Assembly (NCBI RefSeq): GCF_006345805.1
Contig: NC_042999.1
Coordinates: forward strand, 149,358,001-149,422,000
Source: Octopus sinensis
Lineage: Eukaryota
DNA: 64,000 nucleotides
Reading direction: 5' to 3'
Made by a program: the position numbers and the translations under genes. The notes under the pieces are model-generated. The model had not been told where the DNA came from. It ran no database searches and saw nothing but the letters and a program-made list of their open reading frames with translations. Positions 23,831 through 35,934 of this stretch are shown here, in pieces (the stretch's first letter is position 1; each line of letters starts with the position of its first letter).

Positions 23831-26800
23831 CAGGTCAAAATAAATAAATAAACTAAATAGAAACCCAAACAAAAATGATAAAGCAAATATCAGAACTAAC
23901 TTCAGGCATAAAACTCTGTGGCTGCTGTTGTGTTAGATCTACATTCATCGACTGAACATGGATGCCTGCCAGTTTAGATTCTATGTTCTGTAGGTGGCTT
24001 CCAATTTCCACAGCTGACAAACTTTTACTGCGGGTTCGGTTCTAAAATGGAAGAAAGAAGGTAATGACAAAATAAATAAATAAAAATCATGCAAACAACA
24101 ACAAATAGTTAATGATGAAAACAAATGCTACACAACGCATGCTACAGGCACAGGAGTGGCTGTGTGGTAAGTAGCTTGCTGACCAACCACATGGTTCCGG
24201 GTTCAGTACCACTGCGTGGCATCTTGGGCAAGTGTCTTCTGCTATAGCCCTGGGCCGACCAATGCCTTGTGAGTGGATTTGGTAGATGGAAACTGAAAGA
24301 AGCCTGTCGTATATATGTTTGTGTGTCTGTGTTTGTCCCCCTAGCATTGCTTTACAACCGATGCTGGTGTGTTTATGTCACTTAGTGGTTCGGCAAAAGG
24401 GACCGATAGAATAAGTACTGGGCTTACAAGGAATAAGTCCCGGGGTCGATTTGCTCGACTAAAGGCGGTGCTCCAGCATGGCTGCAGTCAAATGACTGAG
24501 ACATGTAAAAGAGTAGCGTATAATCAAATGAAGATATTGACCTTTTTGATACCATCCTTTAAGAGTCCAACCTTGGGTTTATGATGCAAACTTTATGTTT
24601 TAAAGGGACCTAAATTGAAACCTTCCACCTAAAGTCCTTAATTTTTACTTTAAACACCAGTAAAATAATGACAAATTTTATTCATTTTTCTATTACTTGA
24701 AAAATTTATTGAAAAAAAGGCAGTAGATTTCAACAGAAATATAGGCAAAAAGGATTAACAAACTAAATTAAGAAAAATATAGACAGGCACTGGTGTGGTT
24801 GTGTGGTGAGAAGATTGTTTCACAACCACATGGCTCTGGGTTCAGTACCCTTGCATGGCACTTTGGGCAAGAGTCTTCTGTTCACTCAGCCTTGAGTGAA
24901 TTTGACAGTTGGAAACTGAAAGTAGCCTGCCACACAGACATATATACTCTTTTACTCTTTTACTTGTTTCAGTCATTTGACTGCGGCCATGCTGGAGCAC
25001 CGTCTTTAGTCGAGCAAAGTGACCCCGGGATTTATTCTTTGTAAGCCCAGTACTTATTCTATCGGTCCCCTTTGCCGAACCGCTAAGTGACGGGGATGTA
25101 AACACACCAGCATCGGTTGTCAAGCAATGTTGGGGGGACAAACACACACACACACAAACATATACACACACATACATATATATATACATATATATGACAG
25201 GCTTCTTTCGTCTACCAAATCCACTCACAAGGCATTGGTCAGCCAGAGGCTATAGCAGAAGACACTTGCCCAAGATGCCATGCAGTGGGACTGAACCCGG
25301 AACCATGTGGTTGGTAGGCAAGCTACTTACCACACAGTCATTCCTGCACCTATATATATATATATATATAGATGGATAGATAGTCAACAGATGAGATCCA
25401 GAGAAAACACTGAGTAGCACTCAAATGATTCGAACTCGGACTCTGATGCCTTTAAAAGGGTCCAATTCCACAGGGTAAAGAGTGGTTATAAGAGGTGAGC
25501 AGGTATGGAGGCAATTATGTGGATAAACAAATTAAATATAACAGTTTGGTTTTGATATAGAATCATCATCATCATAAATGAAAGAAAATAAACACTGGAT
25601 AAACCGAGTCTCTTAACATCCCCTAGTTCTATAGCCATTATCCCAAAATTTTGGCATCTATTCACATAAGTACCAAGGTCGATTCACTTGGTTAAAATTC
25701 TTCAAGGTGGTTCCTCAGCATGGCTATAGTCTAATTACTGAAACAAACAAAAGATAGAAAATAGAAATGGTTAATTAAAGCATTTTCTCTTTGTATTTCC
25801 CTCTAGTTTCAGTTTTTAATTAACAGAATCAGTACAAGATCATTGATTGACTTTTAATCAGATCAAGAAATTTTCTAATTATGTGTTTTTATATATAGAT
25901 GTAATTTAGATATTTGATAATCCAATTTGCAAAACCATAATCCAAATGGTGTTTCAAAGGTTATTTAAGTTTATTTCAGAGACTAGATAAAGTAGATTTG
26001 CATAATATTAACTTGCAGTATTAATCTCATTCTTACTTTCAAAACCTACAACAATCATCATCATTGTTTTAATCTCTATCTTTAGTTTAAATCATTTTAC
26101 TTCAGCCATGCTGGGGCACCGCCTTAAAGGTTTTAGTCAAACATATCAACCCCAGGACTTGTTTTTTTAAGTCTAGTAATTATTCTATCGGTCTCTTTTT
26201 TCAAAGCACTTAGTAACGGATGTAAACATACCAACATTGGTTGTCAAGTGGTGGTGGTGGGAACAAACACAGATACAAAAGCACACACAACAGTCTTCTT
26301 TCAATTTCTGTCAACAAAATCCACCCACAAGGCTTTGGTCAGCTCAAAGCTACAGTAGAGGACACTTGGCTAAGGTGCCATGCAGTGGAATTGAACCTGG
26401 AACCATGTGGTTGGGAAGCAAGCTTCTTACCACACAGCCACTTTTCCATGCTTGCATCACTCAAACAGAATTCATTGATACAGGTTTCTATAGCTGGATG
26501 CCCTTCCTGTTGTCAATCCTCACCTGTTCCTATGTAAAATCATATCCTCCCCTTTCATGGCTGGACCTAATTCCATTAAAGACTACAAAACAAAGGACTC
26601 AACTTGTACGATGGTGACACTTCTCTACAACCAATATGCAATGTCAAAAAAGCACACACATACACACACATGAACTTCATTCAGTTTCCATGCACTAAAT
26701 GGATTTGGTCAGCCTGGGGCTATAACAGAAGACTTATACCCACATTGCCATGCAGTGGGACTGAACCAGATACTGCATGATTAGAAAGTGAACTTCTTAA

Positions 26801-28271
26801 CTGCACAGCCATGCCTGCACTGAATGCAGTTTACATTTATACAATGAAATGACAGCTGGTTGATGCCTCACTAGATTAGCAGTTCCTATACTGTGTGAAG
26901 TTGCATGGCTTAGTTGTTAGAGTAAGGTCGAGGGTTCAATTCCCAGCACCATGTTGTGTTCTTGAGCAAGACACTTTATTTCAAGTTACTCCAGTACACT
27001 CAGTTGGCAAAAAAGACTTGTACCTGTAATTCAGTAGGCCAGCCTTGCCACATTCAGGATGTCATGCTGAATCTCCCTAAGAACTCCCCTGTTTGAAAAC
27101 TTAAGGACACAGGACGCTTCTGTCACGTAGCCAACTATAAACGGTGTTTCTTGGGGCTAAATAGCCACAGCATTCTTCCCTTTCCTGGGACTGCCACATT
27201 AAGTTGGCAACAAACCATCACTTTTTTTCTTCTTCTGTAAATATTTTTTATGGCTACATTTTGAATGTGGACATGAGCAAAATTGATTTTGAATTCATCA
27301 TCATCATCCAGTGTTTTAAATCTGGGTTTTGTCCCTGTTAACGGGGTTGGCCAGATATATCTCAATACCATAGCAACTGCCCTCACACCATCTCGCCTGG
27401 TTTGGGATTGTTGTTGATAATTACTTTATTGAGCCTGGATAAATGACAAGGACAATGTTTACTGAATATGAAATATAAAAAAAACACACAAAGCAGATAA
27501 ATTGATACAATAGATATCCAATGTAGCTATCAATCCATTGTGCAACCTCCATTACTTTTAGTTTATCTCCCTTGCCGTATTTGACAAAAATTGCCTTAAT
27601 ACTAAAGACTTTCTTTTCATTAAGGGTGTAATTTTGATAATAAAAAAATAATTTTGATGAAGTAAAACAAATATATTAGCCAGGACTTAACTATGTTATT
27701 TGCGCAAAAGGCATTTCTGAAAAACTCTTTTTTTTCATGTCATTAGGTTTTATGATGATGATAATATGGTGAGGAAACTATCATGTAAAATATCCTAAGA
27801 TATTTTGCTGTATCTTGGGAGGGTCATTATGCCAATAATAAACACATGCACTGGTTCTATTCCACTTCTTTATTATTCGTTGATTGGTTAACAATTTAAC
27901 CAACTATCTAATTGATTATTATTTAAATCATTTGGTTAATCAGTCAGCCAGTTACTTTTGTCAAAGCCCTTTCATTGCCATTTGCCATGTCTTCAGTGAT
28001 AGACCCTCTCTACTATAGGTTTGCCTGTTTGTCTCTTGGATAATTTTGGTTCTAATTTCATGTAGTTACAGGCATGTGAGTACAAATATATGTGAAAAGG
28101 GAAGGGAGAGAGAAAGAGAGAGTATGTATGTTGTGTGTGTATGTATGTGTGTGACTATGTTTATGCACGTGTGCTCAGATGTATGAGGATGTGTGTTTGT
28201 TGGTATAACAGATTCTGTGAGAGAACACATGTATACATCAAGATATTTTACAATCTGTATATGATGCTTAC

Positions 28272-28344
28272 TTGAACATCCATACTGGGTCTTCTTTTGA
28301 CAGCATCTTTGCGTTTCAGCCGTTTTGACATAGTAGCAGACAAC
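28272..28344 (-). CDS. PLEKHG5: PLEKHG5-like exon, basic patch: (R)LSATMSKRLKRKDAVKRRPSMDVQ
   Basis: Acceptor tcatcaatgtttcag|G and donor CAA|gtaagc; 73 nt, phase 2 to 0. Equivalent in position to the Lys/Arg-rich stretch before the RBD in vertebrate PLEKHG5. Confidence 0.85.
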
Positions 28345-28565
28345 CTGAAACATTGATGAAATCTAAATTTTAATTGCGAGAAATTATAAATATTAATTAA
28401 CAGAAAGAAATGAAATAGCAGAAGAGTTTGGGATTAACCTTTTTGTTATGATATTTGTGTTTGAAATACACTGCTTTTATTACAATTTAGTTTTTAAAAA
28501 AATGAAGAATTCTGCAAAACAGCTTTCACTGATGTTTGAAATTTTGAAGACTTTAATTAAGAACA

Positions 28566-28800
28566 CTTTAAACCAGTGGTTATCAACCAGGATCCATATG
28601 ATCCCTGAGGGTCTTCATAAGATTTTTGAGGGTCCACACAACAAGATAGTAAATTGGGGATCCACAATAATATTTTAAGGGACCCTGAAATAAAATTTTG
28701 TTTTAGATGTATGTATTGCAAGAAACAGTTAGGTTTATTTCTCTAACATTTTACATAGTTCAACCTACACAAGTTAATGTGTGCAAAACAAAATAGGAAT
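28566..28800 (+). mobile_element. hAT-type non-autonomous element fragment
   Basis: Starts cagtggttatcaacc, similar to the CAGTGGTTCTCAA TIR of Charlie/hAT elements; the other end was not identified. Confidence 0.4.
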
Positions 28801-29544
28801 TTTGGGCTAATGGTAAGAGTGTTGGACTCCTGATTGTATAATCATGGTTTCAATTTCTGGACAAGGTAGTGCATTGTATACTGGAGCAAAGTACTGTTAT
28901 TTCACATTGCTCCAGTCCACCTAACTGAAAAGGAGTTCCAGTAATAGCTGAGTTAACTTTGTGATGGACTATTGTCCCATTGTGAGAAGAGCAGTGTTCT
29001 CTTAATCTATTTGACACACACAACATAAAAATAAACCATAGTAACCAGAATAAGTTCCATCTTAATAAGAATGTAGCTTTTCTGACATACTTAAGACGTA
29101 CATGAATGTAAATGACTGCTTTATTTAAAAAATCTAAAATTTCAATAGTGATTAAGAAAAATGTTGAGATACTTCAATATTATTTTGAGGAAGGAACTGA
29201 ATGAGAAACTAAAAACATTTCTATTTTAATAAATTAATCAAAAGGAGGAGACAGGGCTCATGTCTCAGATAGCCTCTGTAGGCTCTCAGTGATAATCTCA
29301 GAGGATCCTTGAAGGCTCTCTGAGACTGGTAAGATTGATAAGTTTGATGTTGAGTGCCTTCATAGTCAGTGAGATCACCATGTACAAGGGATTGGTAAGT
29401 TCTAGAAAGTAACAGTCCTGGTGAGGAAGGAATAGTTGATGTGTTCAGTGCAGTGTTTGGAATGGAGGAGTGGGCATGGAGAGGATAAGCAACTAGCTAG
29501 CTCATATAAGCAAGGACCTTAGCAGTAAAAATAGAAGTAGTTAC

Positions 29545-29791
29545 CGTGTTGCTGCATTATGTTTCACAAAGCGAGGAGTAGTTTCATCAAACACTGGAGA
29601 TTCATTACGTGTATAGTCTGGTTCTGGTTCTGGTGCTGGTTCTGGTTCTGGTGCTGGTTCTGGTGTTGGTCCATATTCTACATTGTCTGGTTCTGGTTCC
29701 GGAAATACCACTTCCAGCATTTGTTCTTCATCACTTGCGTTCTGATCACGTGCGAACTGGACTTCAGTTTCAAAACCGCTCTTGAAACTAC
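29545..29791 (-). CDS. PLEKHG5: PLEKHG5-like exon, acidic Pro/Glu linker: (G)SFKSGFETEVQFARDQNASDEEQMLEVVFPEPEPDNVEYGPTPEPAPEPEPAPEPEPDYTRNESPVFDETTPRFVKHNAAT(R)
   Basis: Acceptor gtttcttttcaag|GT and donor ACG|gtaact; 247 nt with no stop; phase 1 to 2, fitting both neighbours. Confidence 0.88.
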
Positions 29792-29899
29792 CTTGAAAAG
29801 AAACACAATTAAAAGTCCATTAACTCAGAGCCATAAAAAAGTGTACAACTACTACTACTACAGAATAATAACATATTGCCTAATTGTTACATTGGGTCT

Positions 29900-30570
29900 C
29901 ACCAAGGCAATGACTAGTGACCAGGACCTTAGGAAATATACTGTGCTTGAGAAGACTCAGCAAGCCAAGTGAGACCATAACCTTGTGGCCTATGCCAGGG
30001 GTGTAACCAGCACACTTATGCGTACCTTTCCTTCATTGGACACTAAACTCTACTTATGAAGACCTGTTGAGGCAAGTGAAATTGAAATTGAAATCAAATT
30101 CGATGACTGGCATCCGTGCTAGTGGAGCGCTAAGAGTACAATCCAAGTGTGATCGTTGCCAGAGCAACAAACTGGCTTCCGTGCTGGTGGCACGTAAAAA
30201 GCACCATTCGAGCATGATCGTTACCTGCATCGCCTTACTGGCACTTGTACTGGTGGCACGTGAAAAAATATTTGAGCGAGTTCGTTGCCAGTGCCACTGG
30301 ACTGGCTCCTGTGCAGGTGGCACATAAAAAGCACCATTTGAGCATGGCCGTTGCCAGTACAGCCTGACTGGCCCTCGTGTCAGTGGCACATAAAAGCACC
30401 CACTACACTCTTGGAGTGGTTGGCGTCAGGAAGGGCATCCAGCTGTAGAAACTCTGCCAGATCAGATTGGAGCCTGGTGCAGCCATCTGGTTTGCCAGAC
30501 CTCAGTCAAATCGTCCAACCTGTGCTAGCATGGAAAGCGGACGTTAAATGATGATGATGATGATGATGAT
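29900..30570 (+). mobile_element. 3' end of an RTE-like LINE (family A): ORF end, modular 3' UTR and (GAT)n tail
   Basis: In-frame ...TKAMTSDQDLRKYTVLEKTQQAK*, then repeated gtggcacgtaaaaagcacc modules, gtggttggcgttaggaagggcatccagctgtagaaac and (GAT)n. About 20 truncated copies, e.g. 2410-2665(+), 5310-5630(-), 15885-16205(+), 16695-17090(-), 36010-36470(+), 47770-48170(+), 57650-58080(-). Confidence 0.8.
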
Positions 30571-31090
30571 TATAAACTTATGAATAAAAGAACTGGGGTT
30601 CAGTTCTTGAACCAGGCAGTGCATTGTGTTTTTGAGAAAGGCACTTCATTTCACACTGCTTTCTCCCCCCCACCATCTCTAGTAGTATCTTGGTTGTACT
30701 ACTGGATGAATACTGAGGGAGCCAAGAGGGTATCTATGTTTGTTCATGACTACATAAGCACCTGAAACAATTAGTGAAAGCATGAGGTATATTTCTAAGC
30801 CATAATCACTGTGTGAGGATGGCTTAAATATGCAGTGCTCACAAGTGACTGGCTGTATTTATACTAATATAAAAAAAATTCTTTAAATTTATTTCTTTTT
30901 TTGGTGGGGGTCTGAAAATTCAAATTTTTCGAATAGCATATTTTAAATCTGTATCACTAAAACAATCTCTAAGTATTCATTTTAGTTAGGAGAAATATCA
31001 GACAAAGTTCCCTCAAATCAAACAATCATACTCTACCATTCAAAAAGACACACTGGATAATGTAACTCTGGATAAATTATATTTTAAAAA

Positions 31091-31466
31091 ATTACAATAA
31101 GGGAATTGAATAATTACAACGCCAGTCTGCTAGAAGTAGACCCCAAATACTCTAGGAACCACTTAAATTATTATTCCATGCCACAAGGCTGCAAGTGAGG
31201 AAAATTGATAACGAGGATTTATAAATTGGATAGTACCGTATCTATACATTTCACAGTTTGAGTTATTGATCGGAAAGAGTTTTTAATAACTCAAACCATG
31301 AAATCTATAGATATGGTACTATCCAAATTATTTTATAAATCCTCGCTGTCTATTTTCCTCACTTATAACCTTGTGAAGTGGAGTAATTATCAAAGTGGTT
31401 CCTAGACCATTTGGGATCTACCTCTAGCAGACTGGTGTTGTAATTATTCAACACCCTTATTGTAAT
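31091..31466. mobile_element. Foldback MITE, Tc1/mariner-type with TA TSD, almost entirely palindromic
   Basis: TA|CAATAAGGG...CCCTTATTG|TA; arms stay complementary inward to a short loop near 31270-31285. Confidence 0.85.
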
Positions 31467-31569
31467 TTTAATATAAATTAACCATTATGGTATTTTAGTA
31501 TGCTGGTCACTGATAAGTCATTAAATAACGACTTTATCCTAATTACATATATTTTAAAAATATATTTTT

Positions 31570-31975
31570 TTATGTGGCACCATCACTAGTACTTTTTATG
31601 TGGCACCATCACCAGTACTTTGTATGTGGCATCATCACCAGTGCTTTTTATGTGGCATCATCACCAGTGCTTTTTATGTGGCACCATAACCAGTGCTTTT
31701 TATGTGGCACCATAACCAGTGCTTTTTATGTGGCACCATCACCAGTGCTTTTTATGTGGCACCATCACCAGTGCTTTTTATGTGGCACTATTACCATTGC
31801 TTTTTATGTGGCACCATCACCAGTGCTTTTTATGTGGCACCATCACCAGTGCTTTTTATGTGGCACTATTACCATTGCTTTTTACATGGCACCATCACCA
31901 GTGCCTTGTACATGGCACCGTCACCAGTGCTTTTTACGTGGCACCATCACCAGTACTTTTTATGTGGCACCATCA
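31570..31975. repeat. 26-bp minisatellite (atcaccagtgctttttatgtggcacc), about 15 units
   Basis: Head-to-tail units with no unique spacers. Confidence 0.95.
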
Positions 31976-32399
31976 CATAAACCCAGATTGTAAAAGAATA
32001 ATGTTGTCTATATGAACAGTAACTTTGTTTTCAGTGTTCAAATTTGAAGACAAGGGGGAAACATAAACACATACACACATAGCACAGGTATGGCTGTGTG
32101 AATAGAATTAAAGGTTTGGTCCCACAGTATAGATGGGTATTGTCAGCTGGTGTCCACCACTATACCTATAACTTGAGATTGAAACTGGTAGACAAAACCT
32201 GACTGTCTTACACACACACATACAGAGAGACTTCTCTCTCAGGTTTCATTCACTTATTTCACTCACAAGATACTGGCCAAACTGCACCTATAACAGAAGA
32301 CAGCATCCAACAGTGACCATGCATTGTGAGTGAACCTGAAGCTATCAGGCTCTGAAACAAATTTTTTAAATATATAGCTGTGCTTTATATATATTCTTT

Positions 32400-32795
32400 T
32401 CTACTCTAGGCACAAGGAGCAAAATTTTTGGGGAGGGGGCCAGTTGATTAGATCGACCCCAGTACGCAACTGGTACTTAATTTATCAATCCCAAAAGAAG
32501 GAAAGACAAAGTCAACCTCGGTGGAATTTGAACTCAGAACTTAAAAACAGACGAATACCTATTTCTTTACTATCCACAAGGGACTAAACACAGAGAGGAC
32601 AAACAAGGACAGACAGATGGAGAAAGTCGATTATATCAACCCCAGTGCGTAACTGGTACTTATTTAATTGACCCTGAAAGGATGAAAAGACAAAGTCAAC
32701 CTCGGCGGAATTTGAACTCAGAACTTAAGGACAGATGAAATACCACTAAGCATTTTGCCTGGCGTGCTAATGTTTCTGCCAGCTCGCCCCCTTGC
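32400..32795 (-). mobile_element. tRNA-derived SINE (family C), tandem/nested dimer
   Basis: Head ggcgagctggcagaaacattagcacgcc, B-box gagttcaaattcc, central gactttgtcttttcatcctttcaggg. Other copies at 19905-20100, 35685-35890, 36478-36680, 39349-39583, 40875-41065(-), 45885-46115, 53960-54125(-). Confidence 0.8.
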
Positions 32796-32803
32796 CTTGT
32801 ATA

Positions 32804-33317
32804 TCTATATATATAAAACTGTAGTTGTGTGAGTGTCTGTCCCCTTCGATTTAGATTCCTAACTACTCCCACATTTTGCGGTGCAGTTTCACCAAATTCG
32901 GGTATCTTATAGTCGTGATTCATATCGAGCCCGTCTGAGTATTAGCGCGCGTCTACGATGAGTCTACGATTTTAAAAATAATTTAGCATCATTTTTTATT
33001 CCATTTTAATGCATAATTTTTCGTGTGTTGATGGCGGCGGAGTTGGCGTCCATGGTCACACCTGCACCTGTTTGCTTCTCCCCCTTCTTCCCTCCCTCGT
33101 GAAGCTGTGGGGAAGGGAGTGTAAGGAAATCAACGTCGTAAAGCGTTGTCAAGGAGACCAGCGTTCTTTTAGAACAACGACTTCATGGCTTGAAGACACC
33201 AAAACAGAAATGGCTAAGAAAGCCCGAATTGGCATCTATAAGGGAAGTAACTCTCTAAAAATGCTTATATAGTTATTTCCCTTACAAACCCAAGGCAACG
33301 CCGGGCAATACTGCTAG
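32804..33317 (+). mobile_element. Non-autonomous Helitron
   Basis: A|TCTATATATATAAAA 5' end; 3' GC hairpin (cccaaggcaacgccggg) followed by CTAG|T; inserted at AT with no TSD; CpG-rich, so probably young. Confidence 0.88.
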
Positions 33318-33433
33318 TATTCTATTAAAATAATGAGTCAGCTACCTGTATGTCATAATTTTACTCAAGCAGAGCCAAAGAGTGGAGATATAATTAGCAA
33401 CAACAATTATAAAAATAAAAGGAGCTTAGTTAC

Positions 33434-33557
33434 CTCTGAAAGGGAATATGTCAATAACCAGGTGCCCTTGGTACCCTTCTTGCTTATGAATAGTTTCATC
33501 ACAGATTTTACAGAACACAGATTTGCCACTTCCTGCACACATTGGATGATGACACTC
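33434..33557 (-). CDS. PLEKHG5: PLEKHG5-like exon, Cys/His B-box-like motif: ECHHPMCAGSGKSVFCKICDETIHKQEGYQGHLVIDIFPFR(G)
   Basis: Acceptor ttttatttccattgtag|GAG and donor GAG|gtaact; 124 nt, phase 0 to 1. Spacing CHHxxC...CxxCDxxxH....YxGH..D matches the N-terminal motif of long vertebrate PLEKHG5 isoforms as I recall it (VCHHADC...LCEACDSKFH...YDGHVRFD). Confidence 0.88.
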
Positions 33558-34328
33558 CTACAATGGAAATAAAATTCATCTTGAGACATACTTAGACAGA
33601 ATAATAAATTTAAACAAAGAGGATAGTAATATCCTATAAGAAGATTTGAAACAACAATCAGCAAAAATATTAAGAAGAAGCATATTGATATTTGACAATA
33701 TGTTGGAATGTTTACTTTTTACATGTTTAATATGCATTTAGGTACCTAAAATATTTTTTACAAAGGTGCAGACATGGCTGAATTGTTGAGAAGCTTCCAG
33801 ATCGGGATGGGGTGGGGGTGGGGGGTGGGGGCAGACAGGCAGGCAGATAGATAAATAGATAAATAGACAGACAGATAAAGATATAGACAAAGAGATATAT
33901 ATACACTGATAGATAGATAGATACATACATACATAGAAATAGCTAGATATGTAAAGATATACACAAAGAGATAGATAGATAGAGACAGACAGACAGACAG
34001 ATAGATAGATAGATAGACAGATAGATTGATAGATAAATAGATAAACAGATAGACAGACAGACAGACAGATAGATAGAAAAAAATAGCTGTAAAAGCACCT
34101 TCTGAACGTGGTCGATGCCAGTACCCCTGACTGGCCCCTGTACCAGTGGCACGTAAAAAGCACGCACTACACTCTCGGAGTAGTTGGAAAACGGATGATG
34201 ATGATGATGATATAGATATATAGATAGATAAATAGATATAGACAAAGAGATATAGACAGACAGACAGCTAGATAGAGACAGATACATAAATATAGCTTAC
34301 TAGATAGCTAAATAGATAGATATACACT

Positions 34329-34364
<36 letters not shown>

Positions 34365-34414
34365 TACACTAATAGATAGATAAATGGTTAGATAGATACA
34401 TATACACTAATAGG

Positions 34415-34449
<35 letters not shown>

Positions 34450-35162
34450 GTAGATAGATGTACAAATGAAACAAAAGAAAAGCACACAGCACATTTTGTA
34501 GAGTTTGTATTTATTTGAAGTAACAGATTGATTCAGATCTGCAATACTTAAAGTTGCACAAACATGAGAAAAACACTCATCATTGTTTGGATACCTGCTT
34601 CTCAGAAGCAGACATATATCTTCCTCCTTTCTTCCATGTAGTGACACTGAAAGGAGATATCATCCTCCTTTTTTTTCCAGCAAAGGCAAGAATCTATCTC
34701 TCCAACAGCAAGACACCTGTTCCTGTCATATTTTAAACTTTTATCACCTGATACAAAGTTACCTGCTTTAATACTAAACCCCCATCCCTCTGTTGACATC
34801 ATTGATACTGGTGCCATATAAAAATCATCCAGGGTATCTGTAAAAAGGTTGGTGTTAGAATGGGCATCTAAGCATAGAAAACCTGCCACAACAGACATCA
34901 GAGCTTGGTGCCGTCCTCTGGTTTGCCAGCTTTTATCAAACTGTCAAATTTGTTCTGCATGGAAAACAAACATACGATGATGATAATGATGATGCTAAAC
35001 TCACAGTAGAAGTAGCTGTGTGGCAAGTAGCTTACTAATGAACCACATGGTTCCGGGTTCAGTCTCACTACATGGCACCTTGGGCAAGTGTCTTCTACTA
35101 TAGCCTCGGGCCAACTAAAACCTTGTGAATGGATTTGGTAGTTGGAAACTGAAAGAAGCCCA

Positions 35163-35198
<36 letters not shown>

Positions 35199-35900
35199 TT
35201 GTGTGTCTGTGCTTGTCTCCCAACCATCACTTGACAACCGATGCTGGTGTGTTTACATCCCGGTAACTTAGCGGTTTGGCAAAAGAGACCGATAGAATAA
35301 GTATTAGGCTTACAAAGAATAAGTCCTGGGGTCGATTTGGTCGACTAAAGGCGGTGCTCCAGCATGGCCACAGTCAAGTGACTGAAACAAGTAAAAGAAT
35401 AAAGAGTACATATGTTTAATGAGATTCTATCGAGTATAAACACTGAACTTGAAAGCAGTGGAAACTGCCTAACATCGAAACTACAGCCATTTCAGACATT
35501 GGATTAATATTTTTATAATGAATTAACAATCATTAACCTTTTGTATGCTTAATAATTAACGTTTATAGCTTTAGCTTGATTAGTTACTACCTGCTTTACC
35601 TAACCAGATTAACACATACCTGATATAAATGCATACATAAATGTGTGAGTGGGTGTATATGATTATTATTATCTTTATTATTAAGAAGGTGGCGAACTGG
35701 CAGAATTGTTAAACACGCCAGGCGAAATGCTTAGAGGTATTTCATCTGCTGCTGTGTTCTGAGTTCAAATTCTGCTGAGGTCAACTTTCATGCTTTCAGG
35801 GGTCATTAAATTAACTATCAGTGAAACACTGAGGTCAATGTGATCAATTAGTCCAAAATTTCAGGCATTATGCCTTTAGTAGAAAGGATTATTATTATTA

Positions 35901-35934
<34 letters not shown>

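Noticed and set aside
29559-29972. Plus-strand 137-aa ORF with WFWFWCW repeats
   Set aside because: It is the antisense shadow of the real PEPEP exon, fused to an RTE ORF end.
31570-31975. Possible CRISPR array
   Set aside because: Units are head-to-tail with no unique spacers; eukaryotic context; no cas genes.
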